In this document: in pieces, positions 9,992-23,130 of the stretch
Layout of the letters: each line of letters opens with the position of its first letter
Position numbering within the stretch: the stretch's first letter is position 1
NCBI GenBank assembly: GCA_964252035.1
Contig: OZ176207.1
Source: Podarcis erhardii
Taxonomy: Eukaryota
DNA length: 64,000 bases
Direction: 5' to 3' (one strand)
Notes under the pieces: model-generated
Seen by the model: only the letters and a program-made list of their open reading frames with translations
Databases searched by the model: none
What the model was told of the DNA's origin: nothing
Made by a program: the position numbers and the translations under genes

Positions 9992-11299
9992 TACTGCCAC
10001 CTGGGTTTTCTAAATTTAAGATGACCCTCTTACTATGTTTTTTGTAAAAGATGTGCTACCCACAAATGACACATCACATTCCTAAATGCTTTTAAGTCTG
10101 TTTAAAGGTATGGTTGCACCCAGTGTGACTGAACTACTGTATAACTATTCATGTGCACTATACACCCTCTGCTGGCTGCACACTTCTTTGCAGCATCTTT
10201 TTCTTAAATGTGGTAACTGCATACATGGGGATCTCAAGTGCTTACCCATGTAGGCACAGACAGGATCAAGAGCTGCTTAGCTTCAGCAAAATGATGGCTT
10301 CATGTACCTTCAGACCATATCCTGAGTCCATACTCTTTCTATGAGGGTGGCAGATGCAATTTTGAAACCTTGGGCACATTGTCAGGTTCCCAGGCAACAG
10401 ACAATTGCATATTAGTGGTATATGGAGGCAGTGACTACCATTGAAAATTTGCAGGCTTACTAGTGAGTATTTTTATTTTTTCAACTGAAGTATTTTTATT
10501 TTCCTTTACAGTCAAAAAAAGACAGTAAGTTTCATAATTCACAGAGTAGTCCTACTAAAATGAGAGTGTTAAAGTTTGAAAAATAGCAAGGTGGCAATCA
10601 AACAAGTCACACAACAACATATTTAGTCTAACAAAATTCACTGTAATTTCTAAAAGTCACCATGTGAACCCTTCTGGATATGAAGCAAGTAATAAGTTTA
10701 ACCTAAGTATGTTTTTAAGCTTACATGCCTGCTTGGGGTTTATAATAAATCCATTACCACTATATATTAGTATCTTTTGGGAGGGGGATTTTCAATCAAT
10801 TTCCCAAAACTGGAAGTTTTTCCCCACCCGGCCATTGTAAGTCCTTCATACAATTTATTTTTTGCTAGTTAAGTCAATCTCTACCTCTTCACCAGTTAAA
10901 CAAAGAACACTACCTTTTGTGTGCAGATATTTTAAAACTTTTGAGTTGCTTCATGCCTAAACAATTCTGGTTTGTTAACACCTGACGTGTTTACACACGG
11001 AACATACACAAACATGGCATCTGGATATTGCCCCTTCGTTAATTTTGTTCAACTAGCAACTAAGGACTGCTTGATAATGCAGGGCTTGAGCCCACTGCCT
11101 ACAGGGTTCGTTTCAGGATAATATTGCGCGTGTGCAGTGAAACACCGGGGCCTCAGCTGAATCCCAGAGCCTGTTTTCGCTGTCAAGGTTCTCTCGGGGA
11201 GTCAGAGAGGACAGGAGTGCCTCGAGGCATGGGCAGAGCGCATGTTTCGCCTCAAGGGTGCCAGCCACAACCCAGCCCCTTCACTTTTGGCTACACGGA

Positions 11300-12260
11300 A
11301 CGCGCAACAGAGGAAAGCCAGAGTCACCGCTAGGGCGCCTCTGTACGCGCCTGAAGGGGCAGGAAGCGACCTCCACGCGGCGCGCGGGGCCACTGAGGTA
11401 CAGTTAAGGGCCTCGCTTCTTCAAAGGTAGTCACGCGCCGCCCGCGGAGCAACTGCCGCCGTTGCATTCCATACATTTCCTGTCTTCCCTCCCCTCCGTA
11501 CGACGTTACGCATCACGTTCCGACAGTGACGCACTTCGGCGAATCTACGGCACGCCACTTGTGACCAAGATCATCACAAGCGGAGGAGGACGGCGTCCCC
11601 ATCCGGTGAGTAAAAACCAACGGTCAGAGGTCCCCTCGCTTCTGAGGGAGGCTTCTGCTTAAGGCTGTTGTAGGCGTTTATCCTTGGGGGCGCCCGGTCG
11701 TTCCTGGCTTTCTCCAGGCCTTTTCGCTTTCCCTAGGGCTTTTTGGGCCTCTGTGCCGCCGTCGTTTTTTCTCCCCCTTCCTCCTCTCGATAAGTGGGAG
11801 GGAGGGCAGGAAGCTCGTTTTGGGCCAATCAGTAACCGTCGGCGGGTCATTTGCTTGAGGAGGGAATTCCTGAGTGGTTGGGCATGGAGGGCGGGAAGAC
11901 GGTTTCATATAGCGATTGGCTAACGCCTCAAGGCTTCTCATCCACTTTTTTTTTTAAAGAAAGGAAGGGGGAGGAAAAAAAGTTTGTCCAGAGTGCGCAT
12001 GCGGAAGCTATTCGTGGTCTGTGACTTCTTCGTGTTAGCACTACGCATGTTCGTCGCGCGGCACCTTTTCAGGAGCGAGGGGGACTGGACGTTGCGCACG
12101 CGCCTTTTCGACCGTGGCTTTAAAACCGTTCTTTTCAGGGGGCTGTGATTGCGCTTGCGCGAGGGCTTGTATGTTTGCGGGTGAGCGATAAGGGACGCCT
12201 GAGCTCTTCTTCCTGGGCCGAAGGAGGAGCGCACGCGCACTGCTGTCGCTGGCCAGCAAA
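11300..12260. promoter_or_regulatory. CpG island, probable ZNF407 promoter with non-coding first exon(s)
   Basis: High CpG density, CCAAT at 11825 and ATTGG at 11915, four NRF1-like GCGCRYGCG motifs (11994, 12093, 12150, 12229), and donor-like gtgagt at 11606 and gtgagc at 12181. It lies between CNDP1 and ZNF407. Confidence 0.8.
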
Positions 12261-12582
12261 AAATTCCAAAATCTGGGGCAAAAAAAATATATTTTAAGGG
12301 CCGTACAAAACGACACAAGCTTCCGAGTTCATCCCAACTCTTCATCAGGCTGGCAGTTTTTATGTAAAAAAAGACAAGAAAACTGGGGAGGAGGAGAGCA
12401 TGCTGGACACCTGAACATGTTGGAAGATTCAGGGCAGATAAAAGATAAAAATGATTCACATTTCCTGGCATTGTGGAGCTGGAAGTTACCCAAAGGATCA
12501 TTTGCAATGCATACTTAAACTAGAAATGGCTACCACAACAGGTAGCAATGTCCAACAACTTGGAACAGCTTTAAACAAATTA

Positions 12583-12813
12583 CAGTGGTACCTTGGTTCT
12601 TGAATGGCTTAGTTGTCGAACAAATCAGCTCCTGAACATCGCAAAGTGTTCTGGTTTGTGAACCTTTTTCGGAAGCTGAACATCTGATGCGGCTTCCACT
12701 TGAGTGCAGGAAGCTCCTGCAGCCAATTGGAAGCTGCACCTTGGTTTTCGAACAGTTTTGGGAATCGAATGAACTCCCAGAACGGATTAAGTTCATGAAC
12801 CAAGATACCACTG
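12583..12813. mobile_element. Tc1/mariner (Tigger-like) MITE
   Basis: cagtggtaccttggttc / gaaccaagataccactg TIRs, with TA on both sides. Confidence 0.9.
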
Positions 12814-14449
12814 TACACAAATTCATGGAGGAGATTGCTAGCCATTAAAGGTAGATGGTTGGCTACATTGAGAACGGGGTACTGGACCTGATGGGCCTTT
12901 GTTCTGATTCGGAGCGGCTCTTAGATATTTCGGGGGGGGGGGGGGAGTTGGCATGATTTAGAAACCACAAGGTTGGCATTTAGTCACAGTCAAGATGGGA
13001 ATGTAGGAAGAGAGTACAAACTTGTATTGGGCTCTGCTTGGAGCTATGCAGATATTAGCTTGTATTCGAGGGCTGCTGGGATAAAGCAGTAAATAATGGC
13101 TGTTTATGAAGGCGTGCTGTAACCCAGACTTCACATGGCATCACAGTTTCAATCTAGCCCATGAAAACATAAGCTGCAATAAATGGGTTATTTTTAAAGA
13201 TTTAACAAGTGTCTTTGTTGTTTCTGGTTCTACATGCTAACTAATCCAGGGATGGGGAACCTTTTTCAAGTTGAGGTCCACATTCGGGGTACATACACAT
13301 AGGCGCCGACTCCATGGGGCCTGAGGGGGCCCGAGCCCCCTCAAAAATTCGTTTGGGGGCTCCGCCCCCCCAATAATTTAAGAAAATTATTAGTTATATT
13401 ATGCTTTGTAAAATCACAAAATTATGTTGGTATTTTTTATTTTCCTTGTTTGACAATAGTTACCTTTTAAAATACATTCAGTAATGAGTTAAAACAAAGC
13501 CACTCCCGATCTAGAGAGGGGGTGGGGTTGCGGGCTCTCGACCCATCAACAATCTTGCGGGGCTGGCGTCAGCCCCGCGAGAAGCGGGGATTCCCCCTAG
13601 CTCATTAATATTCACCGCCCACGGCTGCCGCAAAGGGCGGGCCCTCACAGGTTCACTTAAGGTCGGGGCAGCCCGGGGCTCGCCCCTTTTGTTCCCCCAG
13701 CAGCAGCGGTTTGGAGGTCAACCTTGCATTGACACCCCCTTCTGTTCTTTCTATATTTTTAACTTTAAATTATTTCAAGTTGGAGGCTTGTAGATGATAA
13801 GCTAATGAAGACCTTTTCTTAAGCATGTTGTGCAGGATTGTTCTGAATTTATATCCCAGCTACCCTTATCTTACAATTTGAGGTTCCTATTTTGCGACTT
13901 CTTCTAAAGAGCAAAGGGGCAATTTGACTATCCAGTTTTAATGAAAAGCACTGTTTTAACCAAGGGAAAGTAGATAACAGCTTTATGATAGTATTCTGAA
14001 AATACAGCACATACAGAGAGGACTGTCATTTCCCTGATATTAATTACCTGATCCATTTCAGTCTGGTTAGTGATCTAGTTTTGGAATTGCTTTGGTTTCT
14101 CTGATGAATAGTCTGCAATGGAAGAGGGAAAGGGAAGTGTGTTCCCATTGTCTTTATTGGAAATTTCAGTGACTTTTGATACCATTAGCTTTGTGGAGAA
14201 GTACCATTGTACAGTGGCTCTGGTTTTTAATGGAACACAGATCTAAAATATGATACTGGAGTACTAGTACTCAGCCTCTTGACCTTTGACCTGTAGAGTG
14301 CATCAAGGGTCTCTATTCAAAGTGCTATAGAATTTGGAAGAACCTTTCTTCACATGAACTTGCCCCCTCATTGAGATAATTAGCAATGGTTTTCTTCACT
14401 GTCCCACCACTATAGACAATTGGTTAGAGGAAACATGGAACAGAGTATT

Positions 14450-14736
14450 TTTTGTAGCAGTGCCTAGGTTTTGGAACTCTCTCCAATGAGTTACCCATCT
14501 GGCCCACACGTTGCAATGGGTCTCTGTGAAAACTGCTTGGTTTTCTCGATGCTACGATTTATTTTTCAACTTGCTTTATGTGATTATAATTTCTGTGTTT
14601 GTTGCTTTGATGTTTTGCTATTCAGTTTCTTTGTTTTATATGTTGCAGTGTATTTGCTTACTTTGTGACCATTGTTTTTATCTTATGTTACAGCCTGCTT
14701 GGAAGGCCTTTGGAGGAAAATTAGCCTTTTTAAAAA
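14450..14736 (+). mobile_element. Degenerate LINE (L2-like) 3' end
   Basis: T-rich 3'UTR-like stretch ending in aaataaataaata, with a weak coding remnant at its start. Confidence 0.5.
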
Positions 14737-15259
14737 ATAAATAAATACCAGAGCTACCGTTCCCCATTGTTGGCTGACACTTATGGTGAAAGGGGGCCTG
14801 GGTTCTTGAATATACAGCAATTGGAAGGGCTGAGAAGCATCTTCCACTGCTTGCCTCATCTGAAATCTCCTCTCCTTGCTATTATTTCCTTTTAAAATAG
14901 GGCACTTCTTTCCCTACTTATTAGTCTTGCTATACAAATAAAAAGGAGGAGAGGCTGGCTTTGGTACTTTTGATTCAACAAGGGGAATGATAGACTGAGG
15001 AGCAGGAGGAAGTAAGTACATATGGGTTGACCATTGCACTGTATGCTTGGCAGCATTGAATGTCTCTAGCCTTCTTTGCTGCTTTAGTCATGTTCAAAGA
15101 AGGATGTGGTGGATGCTGTCAGGGGTAACGTATACATGGGCTCTGACACCAACATCCACCCATTCAAGTGCACTATTTACAAATGGCAATATCTGAAAGC
15201 ATGGAAACCAGGGATGGGTGGAGCAGGTGTCCTGACAAGGCTTCCTCCATTCACACATT

Positions 15260-16597
15260 CTAAAAATATTACATTATAAAAATCAATTAAAATCAAATTA
15301 ATGGCAACTAATTAAGCAAGATTCTAAGCAGGTTGCCAGAGGAGGGAGTCAGGCTGCGCCCTGACCAAAGGCCTGGTGGAACAACTCTGTCTTGCAGGCC
15401 CTGCGGAAGGATGTCAGGTCCCGCAGGGCCCTAGTCTCTTGTGACAGAGCGTTCCACCAGATTGGAGCCGCAGCCGAGAAGGCCCTGGCTCTAGTTGAGG
15501 CCAGCCTAACCTCTCTGAGGCCTGGGACCTTGAGGATGTTATTATTTGCAGACCGTAGGTTTCTCTGTGGGGCATACCAGGAGAGGCGGTCCCGTAGGTA
15601 CGAGGGTCCTAGGCTGTATAGGGCTTTAAAGGTTAAAACCAGCACCTTAAACCTGATCCTGTACTCCACCGGGAGCCAGTGCAGCTGGTATAGTACCGGT
15701 TGAATGTGATCTCGCAGCGAAGACCCCATAAGGAGTCTCGCCGCGGCATTCTGCACCCGCTGGAGTTTCTGGGTCAGTCTTAAGGGCAGCCCCACGTAGA
15801 GCGAGTTACAATAATCCAGTCTGGAGGTGACCGTCGCATGGATCACAGTGGCTAGGTCAGGGCGAGAGAGATAAGGGGCCAACTGCTTAGCTTGGCGGAG
15901 ATGAAAAAATGCCGCCTTTGTTATAGCTGTAATCTGCGCCTCCATAGAGAGGGAGGTATCGAAGATTACACCCAAACTCTTAACGGACGGTGCTGGCGCT
16001 AGTTGCACCCCCGCAAGAGATGGGAGTTGCCCCCTCAATCCCATATCATCCCGCCCCAGCCAGAGGACCTCTGTCTTCGAAGGATTTAACTTCAACCGGC
16101 TCCCACGTAACCATCCAGCCACAGCTTCCAGACATCTCGCCAGTGTATCGGGGGCCGAGTCAGGATGGCCATCCATCAACAGATAGAGTTGGGTGTCATC
16201 GGCATACTGATGGCAACCCAGCCCAAAACTCCGGACAAGCTGGGCGAGGGGGCGCATAAAGATGTTAAAAAGCATCGGGGAGAGAATCGCACCCTGAGGC
16301 ACTCCACACACCAAGGAGTGGCGCGATGACAATTCCCCCCCGAGCGCCACCCTCTGTCCCCGACCAGAGAGAAACGAGCGCAGCCATTGAAGGACTGTGC
16401 CCTGGATCCCCACGTCGGCAAGGCGGTGGTCCAGGAGTTCGTGATCGACCATGTCGAAGGCTGCTGACAGATCTAGAAGAATCAGCAGCCCCGACCCGCC
16501 TCGATCCAGCTGCCTACGGAGATCATCTGTTAGGGCGACCAGAGCCGTCTCGGTCCCATGGCCAGCACGGAAGCCGGACTGGAATGGATCCAGAATG
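15260..16597 (-). mobile_element. 5'-truncated L2-clade LINE with open reverse transcriptase ORF2 fragment (stop at 15349)
   Basis: RT motifs DPFQSGFR, LDLSAAFD, GVPQGAILSP and QYADDTQLY, plus the L2-type C-terminal LHWLPVEYRIRFK. The frame is open from about 16595 to 15349. Confidence 0.95.
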
Positions 16598-17399
16598 ATT
16601 GACTCAGGGTATCATTGGTAGAAGGTGTGGATAATGATGTGCTTTTACTGTGTGAATGGAATGAGGGATGGGATACAAAGTGTTTGGATGCAATACTGAG
16701 CATTAGAAACAGCAGGGTTAGGTCGTTCCCAGCCTAATAAAGTTCATTGTTCATTAATAGTTCCACATTAATATTTTAATCGAATCAAATAAGTAGCCTT
16801 CAGTTATGATGAATATTCTAGAGGGGGCACATCATATTTTTATTTGAAGCTCGCTTCTTGAACTTGCCTTATATGCACACACTCAACCCCTGCAGTTAGA
16901 AATGCCACTGAAAGGATCCAAATAGAAGGAGACAGTTTGGTAACAAACCTCCCAGGGTTCATGAATTTTATTATCATATGCATGGAATTTTTGAATACTT
17001 GACAACTTTTTTCTTTCTCTCAAAAGGGTGAATATTATAGGATCAGCATTAGTTGCTTGTCCTTGTGCCGTAGCATTCTGAAATCTAGATAAAAAGCAAA
17101 GCACACAGTGGTTTGGACTATTTATTGTTCTAATCCAAGCTGTTTTGTATGTAAAGTTGGGAGGTGTGGTTCTCTGAGGCAGAAGTATGGCAGGCACTGG
17201 GTTGCTGCTGATAATGGCAGCCCCAAGCCTAATTTTCTCCTCTTTACCTATAAAGCTTAATAGAAGTCCCCATGAGGCTTAATGTGTTCCCAATGAGCAC
17301 TTTGCTTTCTCACATCATTGCTTGCCACTGGCAGGAGTGTGGGAACTCAAGAGCATAGGGATGCAGTGATACCAGTTTCCATCCAACATGTTTCTATTA

Positions 17400-17651
17400 C
17401 AGTCATACCTTGGGTTATAGATGCTTCAGGTTGCGTTTTTTTGGGTTGCGGACCACCGAAACCCGGAAGTACCGGAACAGGTTACTTCCGGGTTTCAGCG
17501 GTCGCGCATGCGCATAAGCACTAAATCGCTCTTTGCTCATGCACAGAAGTGCCGAATCGCAACCTGCGTGTGCGCAGACGCAGGTTGTGAACACTGCGAG
17601 TTGTGAACGTGCATCCCACACAGATCACGTTTGCAACCCAAGCGCCCACTA
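17400..17651. mobile_element. CpG-rich Tigger-like MITE
   Basis: TA-flanked. Left end cagtcataccttgggtta and right end tgcaacccaagcgcccact resemble the TIRs of the other Tigger-like MITEs in the window. Confidence 0.75.
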
Positions 17652-20395
17652 TATAGGAAGGGTTTTGTCCATTTCGTTGCTGCTTACACGCTGTATCACG
17701 AATCATAATTCGTTTCGGGTTTTTCAGTAATGTTATTCATTACATAATATTTGCAGCTTTAGGGTGTGTGTGTGTGTGTTAAATCCAGTGTCAACAATTG
17801 CCTTTTGTGTTTGCATAAAGCAAATCTGGTCCTGACACCGAGCAAATATACTAACAGTGGCAATATCTGTACCAGTTTCAGTTTCCATCGGAATTCCTGT
17901 ACATCCCTCTCTGAGCATGACGACGATGCATCATATGATTAGTTTTCAGTAGATTTGAAGAGGGAAGGGAGGTCTATACATAGGGATTCTGTTTTTGATG
18001 ACAGCCTCATGCCTGTTGTTTAGTTCTTCACTATTTTTGGGAGGGACAGTATGCATTAATGGGAAGTTCCAAGCAGTTAGAACATTTGTTTCTTTGGTCG
18101 GGGACTGCAGTTGGTGTGCACTGGCTGTGTCTAGTTGAATGTGTGCAGGAGAACTTGGAAAGCACTTTGGCTTGGGACTGATCTAGCATAATTTGATTTG
18201 CTGTACATCTGCTAGTACTTTTCTGCTTGCTTCTGTGCCCCAGCGATCAGTTTTCCTGGAGAAAAACCCATTATCGCAATGGTCATTTCACAGTTTTAAA
18301 TATTTCTTTTTTACAGTAATATTGTCACGTTTTACATGAGCACCAGCTAGCATTTCTTTGGTGTACAGATTTCATATTGAACTGATGGGTACATTGGGAC
18401 TGCATAAATTAAACACGTTGTGATGGTGTTTAGGATATAGTACACTTATTTTTAATTCAGTTTTAACATTTTTCTCAGAAGACTATTTTCCTGATCAGAT
18501 TAGATCTATATTGTGTGGAAGGGGGATACACAAGTGTTACCAAGCTGAGGAGTGAAGGCAGGGATATCTCTGACACCCCCCCCCCCAAATAAATGTTGTT
18601 TTATAAAACAAGATATTCAGGGTGTTGTAATTTGTCTAAGCCATCAGAATTGCCAAACGTGGGCAATTACATAATTTCACACTTTCCAGTAAAGTCAGAC
18701 CCTGATTAAGCGGTTGACAGCCTGTGAGAGTGCATTCATTGACAGCTGATGTCTGTATTCCCTAAATTTGTAGTGATTGCAATCTGAGTGAAGAAGACAT
18801 TGAGATTCAAGCCATTTACTCTGAATGAGACTCCTCTTTGACAAATGAGGAAAGTTCTGGGTTGTTGTTTTTTCCAGACATGAAAATTTCAAATGCATAA
18901 ATACTTTGCTGCTACTGTATCTTGCTTTCTGCTGATGCCAGGTCTTCTCAGTGTCTTCGGCTCTTGCTGTCTTTCATTGCACCTGCTGTTCGTCATATTT
19001 ATTTCATTCTTCTTTCCTCCGCTTTCTTCCCTCCATCTCCCTTTTACCCCCTTTAAACAGAACAATATGGTAATAGAAACCCTAATAGGAAGAAGGCACT
19101 GTTTAACTCGGTTGGAGTGCTACTAATCCAATTGCCAAACGCAACTACAGCACAGCATGCCTCTTAATTTCAAGTAAAATGGAAACTTCACTTTCTAAAT
19201 TTACGGCACTGTACCACTTGTGTGAGTGAACAGTACTATTCCATGATTCCCATTTATAGTGAATTACAGAAGGGTATGGGTTTGATAATTATTTTGTTTA
19301 TTAAACATTTATATGTCACTCTTTGAGCAAAATGAGGTTTCCAAAGTATGTTAAATTAAAACACTTAAAAGCAACCAATAAAAGAATGCAATGAAAGGAG
19401 AGCAATCTCTTTTCAGTCCTAGGTGAACACCTTTTTTAATTTCCCCAGGTCTTTTTAGTTTTGGTTTTAGTGCTGTTTACAGCTAGTAGATTGTTCTTCT
19501 TTCGTTAAATTCTTTTACTGGCTGATTTTAATTGTTCTAATGGTAGCACACTTTGAGAACCACATTTTGGTTTAAGAGTGATGTGTATAATGTTTACTGA
19601 AATGATAACAACCCCTAGTTTCAGTGACAGTACCTCATCCAACAACACATGATTAAGTGGGATCTGGATTAAGCTCTGGATGCAAATACTGTAAAGTGGC
19701 ATCCAAACCACTATTAGACTTTGTATTCCCAGGACGTCCAAGATCAAGAAGACCCCTAACCACTTGGAAGAAGGTCCTTTGAACAGGTCTCCAAGGATGG
19801 TGGGAGAAAATGCTGCTGGTTTTCTGCCTCAGAGTTGGCTGGATAGACTTTTGCCTGTTTTGCATGGGATTCTCTTTGAGTTTTAAAGCCGCTTGGCTCT
19901 AGCTGTTGTTTTTGCAGCCCAGTTCCTTGGTGTAACAAGGAGCCAGACAGACTGTGCCTCTTAGAAAATGACACTTATGAATAATGTCGAAGGCTTGTGA
20001 CATATCTGTATCCCAACATATAGTCAAGGTTTCAACAGGAGTGCAACCATGCCAACATAACTTCTCCTATGGCTTTGAAGGATCACTGATCTCTAAAGGT
20101 GGACCATTCCAATATGTTCCCCATCCTGCTGCAGAAAGAAACAGTAACAGCAAGTGAAAACCTCAGAAAAAGAAATGTGATCATGACAATCTCCCATGTC
20201 CTAATTTCTGTCCTCCTATCCCTACCAAAACACCAGCTATATCTTGTGGATCGGTTGCATATATTGGGACAGCTCCTTGGTTGTCATGGAGACCATGAAG
20301 TCCTGAGCTCATCAAAAAAGTCATTCCCTGTACCTAATAACTTATTGCCATTTGATAACTTTTATTCCTATGTATATTTCATGAGAGCCTTCTTT

Positions 20396-20430
<35 letters not shown>

Positions 20431-22259
20431 ATCAGGCTCACCTGATGTATACCGTGAATACCGTGCCTGGAAGGAGTGATCAGGTCAAATAGAAAAACTT
20501 CCACATGATTTTCACTAGGTAAAATTCTGTTATTCCCAAATATATTTCACAGGCCTTGCAGTATCTCAGATCTTGCAAACTCATGCAATAGCAAAGTCTG
20601 ACTTGTTGAGTTCTGTTTATCTCTGTTTCAAGCTTATCTTTTGACAGGACAGTACGATACAGATTGTTTCTGTATCCAGAAAGTCATGAACATCCCCTTT
20701 TTCTTTTAGCAATCTTGGTTTTAAAACTTCTCTAACATCTGCATTGATAATTTCACTTTAGTTGCCCAGAATAAACATACAGTCTTTCTGCATTTAGGAC
20801 TGCCATTTAAAATGTAATAGTAGGCTCTGCATTTTTACTCTACCATACCTGATAAAATTACCTGAGAATGCCCTACAGAGATATTATCTGCCCCATACAT
20901 AAAAGGACAAAAATATATTTCCATATTGCTTCAAGGAGAAATAGTGGACCTCCTGGGAGGGGTGGCAGATCTGCCTGCTGCCGCCGCCTTTGCTACCTCT
21001 TCCTTCTCCTCTTCCTCCCCCCCTCCCAACCTTCCAATGCTGATAATCACTTTCTCCTTTCATTCTAAGGTTGAACTTCACCATTTCCCTTCATTTCCAA
21101 GCTTATCTTACACCCTGCTTTCATTCTTCACTCCTCCCTTTAATTCTGATTATCTTCACTCCCCCTTCCCTCTCATTTCAACTGGCAGGAATGTGTGTGC
21201 CATTTTCTGGTTTGCTTCAGGTACCAAAATGCCTTGATCCGATCCTACATAGACTGTTACAGAAGTCTCTGTGCTTCTGTCAGAGAAATAATCTACAAAG
21301 GGAACAATATACTCCCAAACCAAGCCAGTTTGCAGGGTTGACCCTCTGTTAAGTTGTTCTGTCTTAAGGAGCAACCACTTAGTACTGGTCCATGCATTCT
21401 TATAGCACCAATTTGCTGGCCTCCTTGGAATCTTAGAATCACTAGTGGTCCTTTTGCAGATACATCATCTGGGTTTCTTTTGCCTTTTAAAGTTGATATG
21501 CAATGGCTGAGTTTGTGGTGGTGATCTTATATTTTATCTTGTTCAAAAATTGATGAGAAATTCCAAATTCAGCACATGCTAGCAAAACTTTTGAGTTTCA
21601 GTGTCTCTGTAAGACAATAGTGTGACAGTCACAGGTACAGAAAGCTAGGTACATATTCAATGTATGCATCCAAGCTGTACACAATGGGGGGAGGGGAATG
21701 AATTTCATTACCTATTTAAAAGGCACATTTTAGAGACTCTAATTAACTTTGGACAATGTTGTTGCCAGAGTGGCTCTATCTGTCTTTCTGTAATATACTC
21801 ATATGATTTGCTGTCAGAGAGCTTGGCTACCCCCACTTGAGTGTGCTAGAGGGCTGCAGTTTGTCCTTTAACCTTACCTTCATGATGATGAATAAAAGGG
21901 CACACAGTAGCAGTATACAAAATTGACATTTTTTTATTTCTAACTTCACTTGTCGTCTTTCTTGTAATTTGATACGTTTGCACTGCTGTGTTTAATGATC
22001 CCTTTCCTGGGTATGATGAATTGAAATAGCTCATACCAAACTGACCTATTATTCTCCATTAGTTCTTCCTTACTGGTAAGTTAGATACACCCTGGCTTCT
22101 CTCAGTAGATGTTGCCTTCTGGATAATGGAGGTGTCCTGGATGCAATTTAGCATGCATCTGTGGTTTTGTATCAAAATAACTGTGCAGCAACTCGATGTG
22201 GCACTGTTTGAAGTAGAATTCGCCCCCCTTTAAAAACCCTTTAAGTATATTTGTAACTT

Positions 22260-22615
22260 TCACTGCACTGTTCTTTGGAGTTGCTGGCATCTGTCTGTCT
22301 CGAGAGGGGGTGAAGTCAAACCACTGAAGGACCACAGTGCCTGCTGTGGATGCAGAGGCCTCGTAACTGCTGCCTCCTGTGTTGTTTTTGTGGTGCTAGC
22401 AGCACCAAAGTAACCTCTCCAGGGTGCAAGCCTGGGTAGTGTGTATGGAGGTCCTGAGCTGCCCAGATGACAAGACCCCCTTCTTGGCCTTGCTGATGTG
22501 GTTCCAAAGGAAAGCAGAGCAATACATTTGGCACCAGCTTGGCTCCAGGAGTTGCTGGAAGGAGGCATACATGGCGCCATCCAACCGTCTTAGGACTCAA
22601 CTCCGGATTTGTGTA
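22260..22615. mobile_element. Probable interspersed repeat fragment, family unassigned
   Basis: GC-richer block resembling recurrent lizard repeat sequence (tccaaaggaaagcagagcaatacatttggcaccagcttggct). Recognition only; no protein motif found. Confidence 0.35.
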
Positions 22616-23002
22616 AGGTTTACTCCTTAGCCTTTCCTTCTTCCAAAGGCCATGGGATATCCTAGTGCCTGGTTGTTGAGAAACCTAAACACTGAATTTA
22701 AGTAGCTAAGGACCTTTTTTGGGGGTGAAATAGGGTGGAGGGAGGGAAGGATACAGATAAACAAATTCCAAGTGGATACCTTGATCTTCCCTAATGGAAA
22801 CCTTTGTGTTCTCATTTATGTACACATCTGGTTTATTGAACCCTCTTTGGTCTTTGAGAGATTGTGTTGAAATTCAGATTGAGAACACTCCAGCACCCAG
22901 GATTGTTTTCTCTTTAGTTGCCTAGAGAAGAAGAGAGTTCCCAATGCGATAGACCTGGGAAAACCTATTGTCCCACCATGATGGCAGTCATCTTATGCCA
23001 GC

Positions 23003-23013
23003 ACAACATTACT

Positions 23014-23055
<42 letters not shown>

Positions 23056-23130
23056 TTTTTTTATTTATACCCCGCCCTCCCCAGCCAAGGCCGGGCTCAG
23101 AGCGGCTTACAAGCAATAATAAAAACAAGA
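23003..23130 (-). mobile_element. L2-type LINE 3' tail with (ATT)n microsatellite
   Basis: Minus strand reads ttgtaagccgctctgag...gggcggggtataaataaa followed by (att)n. Confidence 0.75.

Noticed and set aside
11124-12507. Many overlapping ORFs across the CpG island
   Set aside because: GC-rich, stop-poor promoter DNA with no coding motifs or consistent exon structure.
15392-16598. Plus-strand ORFs overlapping the L2 element
   Set aside because: Antisense shadows of the RT frame.
17400-17720. Native second CpG-island promoter of ZNF407
   Set aside because: The CpG-rich part is bounded by Tigger-like ends and TA dinucleotides, so it is transposon-derived; kept as a MITE finding instead.
19480-20060. 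Minus-strand DMSQAFD resembling an RT motif
   Set aside because: A single weak motif with no downstream PQG or YADD in any frame I could follow.
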